A stretch of 64,000 bases of DNA from Fibrobacteria bacterium (GTDB lineage Bacteria; Fibrobacterota; Fibrobacteria; UBA11236): assembly GCA_043745805.1 (NCBI GenBank), contig JAYTSD010000008.1, positions 288,001 through 352,000 of the forward strand. The letters run 5' to 3'. Shown here piece after piece: positions 8,717 to 16,665 of this stretch. Numbering within the stretch: position 1 is the stretch's first letter; each line of letters begins with the position of its first letter. The notes beneath the pieces were generated by a model. It searched no databases. It saw only the letters and a list, made by a program, of their open reading frames with translations, and was not told the DNA's origin. The position numbers and the translations under genes are program-made.

Positions 8717-10639
8717 TTAAAATGCCTGCGCTAAATCCAAAACCCATTGTGAATGTTGGGAGTTCCAACCATCTTGTGCATAATCTATACGTAAATTGAA
8801 AATGGAAAAAATTGTGTAGCGAATCCCCAATCCATACGCTTTGGCCTTTCCATCCGAACTGATAGGGTTTCCGATGTCCCATACGCGGCCATAATCCACA
8901 AAGGGAACCCATTGTATATCGGTTAAAAATTTCCATTTTGCATCTGTCGCAAAATGGATATTGGCAAAAAGATTTAAGCGTAATTCAAAAGAGGTTAAGA
9001 AATAGGCGGGAAGCAGCCCTTCGGTTTGACAAATGCCATTCATTTTTTTCGGACAAATTTCGCGCCAGCCGTAACTACGAATACTACGCGGCCCACCTAA
9101 AAAAAAACTTTCGGCATTTCCTTGACTTCCTCCATAAAAGCGCCCCCCATTTAAGCGGGTTGCCAGTTTAATGGTTTTAGAAAAAGGCCAGTAAAAGGCA
9201 TTCTCCGATTCAAACCAATTATGCCGAGAATCTTTAATGCGAACCCCACCTTTTTCAATAAAAGGACCGCCATTACCCCATGTCAGAGAGAAGCGCAATC
9301 CTTTATTAGGATTTGCAGCTTCATCCACAAAGGCAAAAAATAAAGCATTAATATAATTCAGATTAAAACTTCGCTCCCAAGATCCCAAATTCATTTTCCT
9401 ACTTTCGCCTTTAAATTCGAGCGTACTTAAGAATCGTGACCAAGTATTAAAACTGCGCGAAAGCTTACTTTGATCTGCGATATCGAAATCGCCGGCATAC
9501 AAATTTGCGTGACTTTGCAAGCGGCTATCTTGATACCAATTCACAATAAAATCATTGTCAAAACGTAAACTCGACCCAAAAAATAAAGCCGATGAATACC
9601 CTAAATCCAAATGCTGCTTTTTTTGTGCGATGGAAGCACCAATGCGCGCTTCATGAAAATCACCCCAAATATTTGAATGCACTAATTGAGAACTAATTCC
9701 CGCTCCATATTGCGTTTCATAAAATAAGGATCCCTCCACTTCGCCCGGAATACGCTCCTCTGCATGAATGACTAAAGCACTTCCTGCTCTATCGGAAAAG
9801 ACGCTGTCTTTGATACGGAAAAAATTAAATACTCGAGTTGATTTCATTTTTTTTTCATAGTTATTCAGATCAGAAAAGCTGACGGTATCCCCTTTATTAA
9901 ACGGGAGCAGTTTTCGAAATTGCCGATCTGGAGTAAGGCCTAACCCTTCATTGGAATGACTATTACTATCCATGCGTATAGACTCACCAGAATTATTCGG
10001 ATTACTTTCTCTTGAATTGCGAACTAATAAGGTATCAAAAACTAGCGCCCGTCCTGGACTAACCATAAACTCTACCTTAACTAATTTCGCAATGGTATCC
10101 AAAGCGGTTTTTTCAGATACTTGCGTATAAGGAAAACCCTTTTCCGCATAGATTTTTATGATACTTCGTTTATCCGCATATAAATTTTCATGATAAAAAT
10201 TTTTGCCCGTTACACATTGCAAATCCTTAGAGGTAACCCGCAAGGGTAAATTCACATCTGCATGGATTTCAATGGGACCAAACAAGTACCGTTTATTTTC
10301 TTTGATATCAATATGAATGGGACTTTGGTTTAACCAAGGCGGAAGATTTCCTTCGCGACTTAACTTAATTTCCACGTCAAAGAAACCTGTTTCAGCATAC
10401 AAATCCGCGATAATATCATGCGTTTCTTCTGCAAATGTATCCCAGTCTTCTTCCGTATGCATTTCACTAGACTCTGGGGCGGCAATAAATTCTTCCAATT
10501 TAAATTGTTGAATAAATTCATTGCCGCGAATTTTAAAATCATTACCATAGGAACAAGCCAGGAATAAAATATTCACAAGAAAAAAGATCCCCCGATAGGA
10601 AAACAAAAAAGTCTGCAAATCCTTTACCATAGTTTCCAA
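8717..10639 (-). CDS. Omp85 family outer membrane protein (TamA/TamL-like), POTRA domains + barrel
   Basis: POTRA motifs LYAETGFFDV and YAEKGFPY. Barrel motifs FFLGGPRSIRSY, PFVDYGRVW and GLGIRY..LRIDYA. C-terminal Phe. Confidence 0.88.
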   Translation of the reverse strand: METMVKDLQTFLFSYRGIFFLVNILFLACSYGNDFKIRGNEFIQQFKLEEFIAAPESSEMHTEEDWDTFAEETHDIIADLYAETGFFDVEIKLSREGNLPPWLNQSPIHIDIKENKRYLFGPIEIHADVNLPLRVTSKDLQCVTGKNFYHENLYADKRSIIKIYAEKGFPYTQVSEKTALDTIAKLVKVEFMVSPGRALVFDTLLVRNSRESNPNNSGESIRMDSNSHSNEGLGLTPDRQFRKLLPFNKGDTVSFSDLNNYEKKMKSTRVFNFFRIKDSVFSDRAGSALVIHAEERIPGEVEGSLFYETQYGAGISSQLVHSNIWGDFHEARIGASIAQKKQHLDLGYSSALFFGSSLRFDNDFIVNWYQDSRLQSHANLYAGDFDIADQSKLSRSFNTWSRFLSTLEFKGESRKMNLGSWERSFNLNYINALFFAFVDEAANPNKGLRFSLTWGNGGPFIEKGGVRIKDSRHNWFESENAFYWPFSKTIKLATRLNGGRFYGGSQGNAESFFLGGPRSIRSYGWREICPKKMNGICQTEGLLPAYFLTSFELRLNLFANIHFATDAKWKFLTDIQWVPFVDYGRVWDIGNPISSDGKAKAYGLGIRYTIFSIFNLRIDYAQDGWNSQHSQWVLDLAQAF

Positions 10640-13600
10640 AACTTATAGCGATAACGTAAGCCTATTTGTTTTTGTAAGCGATTATCCGATTCATTAAATC
10701 GATCTTCTTTACGAGATTCAATAGACGCTTCTAAACGAAGCCTTTCCTCCATTTTTTTGGCCAAAGTAGAGTCTTTAATCACTCTTGAAATTGGAGGACG
10801 CCAAGCCACCGCTCCAAGATATTCTAAAGGATTTTGATTCTTTTTTTCAGGAAGGTATCCACCACGTAACTTAGCCGTTAATCTGAATTTCTCTTTGCTT
10901 TCTACTTCAATGGCAATAGCTTGGGAACTATCCTTGTCCTTAGCCACTACGGAACTTAATCCACTAACCGTGGTATTCGCTATCCAATGGGAGGAGGCTT
11001 TATCCACCACTCCAGTTAAAGTTTGATTGATTGCCGGTTCTAAAAAAGAAGCCGCAGCTTGCCCATAATTACTATTTGCTCCGGCCCCATTATCGGCAAT
11101 GTAACAACCACGATTAACGGAGTTAATTAAAGTCGGAATTTCAACAACTTCACCTTGTCCACATGTACTTTCATACGAAAATTTCATGTCACTTAATAGA
11201 CCTAGTAAATGAATATTAACCAAACAAGTTTTTTGTGTATTAGGATGGCAATTTTCTAAAAGTTTTCGTTCTCCTTCCATGGAAACCAGCCCTTCTTCCA
11301 AGGATGTGTTCTGCCATTTTAAATCGAAATCTCGAATGGGGTAACTTTGATTTATTTGACCGAGCTCTCCATTTAGAGCGGAAAACTGTCCGGCTACCAA
11401 GGTATAAGGATAGGTACCTCGCACATTTATATCTCCGGTAAAATTCATTCTTAGAATATCGGTTTGAATCCGATTTTCCGTTCCGCGTGCTTCCAAAGCG
11501 ATTTGTATTTCTAAGGGTTTTACCTTTTTTTTCTTTTGTTCATTCTTTAAGCTTTTAAAGAAACTTTGTATTTCTCGAAATCCAATTTTATGTTGAAATA
11601 ATAAGCCACTAAATTTTCCATGTACTTGCAGAGCAGGAATTTTATTTAACTGGGGATTTCCCGAAAGATTAGGTTGCAAATAAGTAATATCTACATTTTG
11701 TAGATCGGCGTGAAATTTTATAGGAGGTCTTTCGGAAGAAAAATTTCCCTGTGCAAATTTCCCTTTTAAATTCATACCTAAGGTATCAAAAATTAAGGCC
11801 GCGCTAAATTCCTTCAGTCGAAGCTTATCACGACTTTTATATTGTAAACCAAAGCTTTCACTTTGCATATCAATCTGTAATTTTTTCCCCTGCGCTAAAG
11901 TGTAATTAAGGCTAGCCACAATACTTTCGCCGGTTTTATTTTGCGTCACAAATTGTGGGATTTGCAAAAGCCCATTTTGTAATTGTAAGGTAGAATTGAA
12001 ATGTAAAGTATCGATACCCAAGGTGGTATACAATCCTTGGAAGCGATAAGATTCTGCGGTCATTGCTTGCATAGAAAAGGGACGTAAAGGGATTTTGATT
12101 TTACTGGCAAAATTAAAATTCGAAATTTTACCCGCCTCACTAGGAAGCAAACAATCTCCAAAAACTTTTAAGTCTCCCTCTATACTGCGTAACTCTGGAG
12201 CTACGCCCAAAAATTCTAATTGCCAGCCTTCACGATTTTTTATTTTCAATATCAAGCTGGGATTTTTTTGCAATAAATCGATTAGCGTTAAATTCAATGT
12301 ATCATTCCACCAGTTTTGTTTAGGAGCTTGGGTAATGACATTTAGCTTTATTTTTTTTTCCTCACCTTGTAAGGTCATACTGGGTATATTCCAATCGCCC
12401 ACACTATGTCGCCATTTTAAATTCGACACTTGATAATTTCCCAGAAACCCCAATGAATCCGTAAAGGTTAAGCGTCCTGCAACATGGCCTGTTTCTAAAG
12501 GCTTCCCCTGCAAAAATACGTTTGAGATTTTCGCAATATCAAAATTTTTAGCCTCCATTTCAGCAAAGTGTAAATCAACTATTTGACTATGCCCCATTTC
12601 ATAAAATTGTCTTCCATGCAAAGCGACTTGCATGGAGGAATGTAAATTCGAATTATCATGGCCAATATCCAAATTGGAAAGATTAAATTGCGTTGCATTC
12701 CAATCACCTTGAAGTTTTGTTTGGAAAATTTCATTTTGAAAAACAGCCTCTACAAAACCACCCGCCTCCCCCAACTTATGCTTCCAATCCCAATTAAAAT
12801 GAGCCGTAGCAAGCGGTTTATAAGGGGATAAAAAATGCAAAGGCACATAAGGCCATTCACTAAAAGCTACTTGATCCGCCTTCGCTTCCATACTATGCAT
12901 CGTTGGCATATGATAGTAAGCATGCCCTAAAGTGGGATGTTTAACATCAAAAAATAAATTCGCTTCCACCTCATGCAACTTTTCATTCCATGGCCATTCT
13001 ACTTGACCCAAAACAGCCCACGCATTTTTATTCCAAAATAAATTTGCGGAATCCACATAATAACCATGCACATTGATATGCTGATAAACTCTTGCAGAAT
13101 CTACCGCGGCAAGATAAGCATGCACATCGCTAAGCTGCGCCATAACATGCGTAACCCCTTCAGTAAAATATCCTTTCACATAAGCTTTTTGAAAGGATAC
13201 ATTGGTATCGGTCCAATGTTTTGCCCATTCCTCATCAGCTGATATTTTACCCGCAAAGCTTAGTTTAAATGGGATGGGATTTATTTCCAAGCGCAATTCC
13301 GAACCATCACGTGTAACAAAATCACCCGTCACATTTAAATTCTGCCCTAATACCAAATTATGACTCTCCGCATCTCCAGGTAACACATCATGTCCTAATA
13401 AAATCGGTACGTTTTCGGAAGCCCACTGCAACTCCCCTTTCCAAGCTTTCATCCAAGCTAAAATTGAAAAACTAGAATCCCCAAAGGATAAGCCTAATTT
13501 GGGCCAATGAATATTGGCATTAAGGTGCATTTCCCCATTTTCAATTCCTCGACTTTTTAAGTCTAGCTTAGCTCCTTTTTGTGCCAAGGTGAATTTCACA

Positions 13601-14442
13601 TTTAATTTTTGATTTTCTAATACCCCAATATGAGGCGTGACAATATCTAAGGTACCCTTTATTAAACCATAGGGAAACCAGGTTATTTTTACCGCGAGGT
13701 TTAATTTTGAAAAGGCAGGTAAGGCCAATTGTTTCGAAGCATAAGCCGGTAAAGTATCCACCAGAATTTTTAGGCTATCATAACCTTTTAATAAGTTTTT
13801 TTTATGATGAACGCTTTTTAATTCTATGCGATCCGCATGCCATAAACAGTTTACAGATAGCCGTAGCGAATCACGCCAGCCCAAGGTGGAATTGAAGGCC
13901 GGAGCAAAATCCTTAGGCCAGGCCGCATTACCAAACATTTGCACAGCAGCAATTTCTAAACTTATTTTTTTCAAATTTATTGAATGTAGGGAAAAATCTT
14001 TTATAACAATTAAGCCCATAGACTCTTGTTGAATGTGCAATTGATCAATTTGTAGTTGAAAAGGGAAAGGAAGATTAAAATCCGAAAAAACAAAATCTTT
14101 TTTTTCTTGTTGTGTTTTTTTATCCGGAAGGAGTTGGCAATAAGCTTTCTCTAAATGAATTTCCAAATTAGGCTTAAAGTCAATCAGGCTGCGAAAAGTT
14201 TTAATATGCCCTTGAATATGTTGACTTGAAAAATGCCCTTGAGGAAAGTTACAGGTCAAGGAATCGGTTTCAAAACCAAGCATTCCTTTTAAACGCGGGC
14301 CAAAAAATTGAACTTGATAATCACCAAATGCTATGCCATGGGCCAAGGTTTTCAATAACCATTTTTGCGCAGGAATTACAATTGCGGTCAGCAATAAAAC
14401 CAAACTTCCACTAATTATGAGAAATGTTCTAATTTTTTTCAT
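10624..14442 (-). CDS. TamB/AsmA-like translocation and assembly module protein
   Basis: N-terminal TM, a long beta-rich body and a C-terminal amphipathic strand IGLRYRYKFW. Adjacent to the Omp85 gene. Confidence 0.7.
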   Translation of the reverse strand: MKKIRTFLIISGSLVLLLTAIVIPAQKWLLKTLAHGIAFGDYQVQFFGPRLKGMLGFETDSLTCNFPQGHFSSQHIQGHIKTFRSLIDFKPNLEIHLEKAYCQLLPDKKTQQEKKDFVFSDFNLPFPFQLQIDQLHIQQESMGLIVIKDFSLHSINLKKISLEIAAVQMFGNAAWPKDFAPAFNSTLGWRDSLRLSVNCLWHADRIELKSVHHKKNLLKGYDSLKILVDTLPAYASKQLALPAFSKLNLAVKITWFPYGLIKGTLDIVTPHIGVLENQKLNVKFTLAQKGAKLDLKSRGIENGEMHLNANIHWPKLGLSFGDSSFSILAWMKAWKGELQWASENVPILLGHDVLPGDAESHNLVLGQNLNVTGDFVTRDGSELRLEINPIPFKLSFAGKISADEEWAKHWTDTNVSFQKAYVKGYFTEGVTHVMAQLSDVHAYLAAVDSARVYQHINVHGYYVDSANLFWNKNAWAVLGQVEWPWNEKLHEVEANLFFDVKHPTLGHAYYHMPTMHSMEAKADQVAFSEWPYVPLHFLSPYKPLATAHFNWDWKHKLGEAGGFVEAVFQNEIFQTKLQGDWNATQFNLSNLDIGHDNSNLHSSMQVALHGRQFYEMGHSQIVDLHFAEMEAKNFDIAKISNVFLQGKPLETGHVAGRLTFTDSLGFLGNYQVSNLKWRHSVGDWNIPSMTLQGEEKKIKLNVITQAPKQNWWNDTLNLTLIDLLQKNPSLILKIKNREGWQLEFLGVAPELRSIEGDLKVFGDCLLPSEAGKISNFNFASKIKIPLRPFSMQAMTAESYRFQGLYTTLGIDTLHFNSTLQLQNGLLQIPQFVTQNKTGESIVASLNYTLAQGKKLQIDMQSESFGLQYKSRDKLRLKEFSAALIFDTLGMNLKGKFAQGNFSSERPPIKFHADLQNVDITYLQPNLSGNPQLNKIPALQVHGKFSGLLFQHKIGFREIQSFFKSLKNEQKKKKVKPLEIQIALEARGTENRIQTDILRMNFTGDINVRGTYPYTLVAGQFSALNGELGQINQSYPIRDFDLKWQNTSLEEGLVSMEGERKLLENCHPNTQKTCLVNIHLLGLLSDMKFSYESTCGQGEVVEIPTLINSVNRGCYIADNGAGANSNYGQAAASFLEPAINQTLTGVVDKASSHWIANTTVSGLSSVVAKDKDSSQAIAIEVESKEKFRLTAKLRGGYLPEKKNQNPLEYLGAVAWRPPISRVIKDSTLAKKMEERLRLEASIESRKEDRFNESDNRLQKQIGLRYRYKFWKLW

Positions 14443-14559
14443 GAGAGGCGGCAGCCCAAATTCATTTCCCCAGCTTGATTTCCTCGGTCATTCCAAAAAA
14501 AATCTTCTTTTTAAAGAAATCCTGATGCTATAATCTACTATAATCAACTTTCTATCTAA

Positions 14560-14844
14560 ATGGAATTAAAACACAGATTAAAGCTAGCTATTGCCTTAAA
14601 ATACCAGCACCATGAAGATGCCGCGCCACTGGTATTAGCCTCTGGCAAAGGAGAACTTGCCGAAGCCTTGCTAAAAAAAGCGGAAATATATGGTATACCA
14701 GTTCATCCTGATGCAGGCTTAGCACAAATGTTAAGTGAAGCGAAGGTGGGAGAATCTATTCCCGAAGAGTTATTCGCTGTAGTTGCGCAAATCTTAGCGA
14801 TGATATATAAAATGGACAAACGTCTACAATCCAGTTTAACTTAA
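14560..14844 (+). CDS. Stand-alone FlhB/YscU C-terminal-like protein (FlhX/YlqH type)
   Basis: AIALKY....APLVLASGKGELAEAL...GIPV....LAQML....VGESIPEELFAVVAQILAMIY. Confidence 0.9.
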   Translation: MELKHRLKLAIALKYQHHEDAAPLVLASGKGELAEALLKKAEIYGIPVHPDAGLAQMLSEAKVGESIPEELFAVVAQILAMIYKMDKRLQSSLT

Positions 14845-14921
14845 TTGAAGTATAATAGGACATGGATTGTATGAAAACGATGAGAAGGATATTCCGCTTG
14901 CGGGAAAATAAAGGATAAGCT

Positions 14922-15416
14922 TTGGAACCAACCATTTCGGCAACAAAACCCACAATCTATACTATGCAGCTTCCCAGCGATTTAGAATATATTCCCCCTT
15001 TGCGTCAGTTCATTGCGGAAGTGGCCAGAGTAGAAGGCTATCCGAAAAAATTTTGCTTTCGCGCAGAAATCATTGTGGATGAACTCGCAACCAATGCCAT
15101 CATGCATGGTTCTCAAGATATTAACAGCAAAGTATCCGTCATTGCTGAATTTGATTCTGACAAAATGAAATTAACTATTCAGGACGAAGGTGGAACGGAA
15201 AAAAGCTTAAGCAACTTAAAAAGAGCAGTCTACAATTCGGGAAATAATCACGATATGAAAAAGGGACGCGGCCTAGTCATTGTACAAATGCTCAGCAGCG
15301 AAATGAAAATTAATTTAGACAATCAAGGAAACACCCAAGTTCATGTAGTAAAACTTAGAGAGCCCGAAGAAGGTGGCACTAAACGCGAGACCTTAATTTA
15401 TGAGAGCGAAATATGA
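14922..15416 (+). CDS. Anti-sigma factor / serine kinase, RsbW/SpoIIAB-like (HATPase_c_2)
   Basis: N box DELATNAIMHG, G1 box IQDEGG, G2 box GRGLVIV. Confidence 0.88.
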   Translation: MEPTISATKPTIYTMQLPSDLEYIPPLRQFIAEVARVEGYPKKFCFRAEIIVDELATNAIMHGSQDINSKVSVIAEFDSDKMKLTIQDEGGTEKSLSNLKRAVYNSGNNHDMKKGRGLVIVQMLSSEMKINLDNQGNTQVHVVKLREPEEGGTKRETLIYESEI

Positions 15417-16192
15417 AAATATCTCAACAAATTAGCGCCTTCGACGAACGCATTATACTCTTACATTTTGAAGGGGAATTAAATGCCAGTGATTGCGAAG
15501 CCACGTCCAAGGTATTCCAAGATATTATCGACTCCAAAAAATATTTCATTCTAGCCCTTATGGATAGCGTCCCTTTTGTTTCTTCTCCATTTTTAGGGGA
15601 ACTCATGGGTTGCAAATTACGCCTAGTAGAAAAAGGCGGAAACTTAGTGATTGTGGGATTGCGCTATGATTTACGCGAAAAATTAGTCATGATGGGAGCA
15701 GATAAAATTTTTCAGTTTTATCCCGATACCCATACAGCCTATAATCACTATCACTGGGAATATACCGAATCCTCCCAAGTCGTTTCCATTACTGTACCAC
15801 CCAAAATGCAATCTGTGCCTGCCATTCGACGCTTAATATCTGGCATAGCCAAACAAAAAGGTTTTAACTCCAAAGACGCTTTCCGTATTGAAACCATTGT
15901 AGATGAAATTGCTAACAATGCCATAGAACATGGAGATCCTTCGCAAGAGGCTATTTCCATTGAGCTTACTATTGACAAGAAAAAACTCGACCTGCAAATA
16001 AAGAATAAAACCTTGCTTGGAAAAGCCAAAAACCTACAAAGTGTGATTCAGTCCACCAAAACTGTCCTAGATGATGGGGAGTATCGCGGAAGAGGAGTTG
16101 CTTTAGTGAAGCTAATTAGTAATTCCATTGATGTGGCATTTGATTCGAGCGGTACATATATTAAAATTACGAAGATGCGAGAGGAAGAGTAA
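15413..16192 (+). CDS. STAS + anti-sigma HATPase fusion protein
   Basis: N-terminal STAS (FEGELNA...VPFVSSPFLGEL) and C-terminal DEIANNAIEHG...GRGVALVK. ATGA overlap with the upstream gene. Confidence 0.85.
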   Translation: MKISQQISAFDERIILLHFEGELNASDCEATSKVFQDIIDSKKYFILALMDSVPFVSSPFLGELMGCKLRLVEKGGNLVIVGLRYDLREKLVMMGADKIFQFYPDTHTAYNHYHWEYTESSQVVSITVPPKMQSVPAIRRLISGIAKQKGFNSKDAFRIETIVDEIANNAIEHGDPSQEAISIELTIDKKKLDLQIKNKTLLGKAKNLQSVIQSTKTVLDDGEYRGRGVALVKLISNSIDVAFDSSGTYIKITKMREEE

Positions 16193-16558
16193 ATGGATAC
16201 GCAAATAGAACTACAAATTTCTGACTTGACCAATGTTCCCAATGGAAAATTGATCAAATTCGTCGGCGATTTGGATGCCACCAATGTGGAAAGCACGCTG
16301 GATCAGGTCACTCATCTTATACGTGAAGGTTTTGTAAATATTGTGGCAGATTTTCGTAATCTCCGCTATGTGAATAGCACGGGATTGGGTATTTTACTCC
16401 ATTTTAGCAAAACCGCTCGTGAACGCAGTGGTTCTTTTAAAATTGCTAATGTGAATGACAATGTATATGAAATCATCGAAATAATTGGGGCCAACACTTT
16501 ACTCGATATTTATGATAATATCGAGGAAGCCGTAAATGCGTTTGCAGGCAAACGTTAG
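16193..16558 (+). CDS. STAS anti-sigma factor antagonist (RsbV/SpoIIAA-like)
   Basis: FVGDLDAT and LRYVNSTGLGILL, with the phosphoacceptor Ser retained. Confidence 0.92.
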   Translation: MDTQIELQISDLTNVPNGKLIKFVGDLDATNVESTLDQVTHLIREGFVNIVADFRNLRYVNSTGLGILLHFSKTARERSGSFKIANVNDNVYEIIEIIGANTLLDIYDNIEEAVNAFAGKR

Positions 16559-16665
16559 TTCGCTCCAGTTTACTGCCTTTCACGTTCTCCCACAAAATTC
16601 CTAAGGAATGCCTATTTTCCTCTTGTGAGATTTTGTAATTTTATTGCCTCAAAAAGTTTCGAAGG

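Noticed and set aside
14560-14844. Type III secretion or flagellar locus, or flhB pseudogene
   Set aside because: It is a single complete small gene of a known stand-alone family, with no other export-apparatus genes or upstream flhB remnant.
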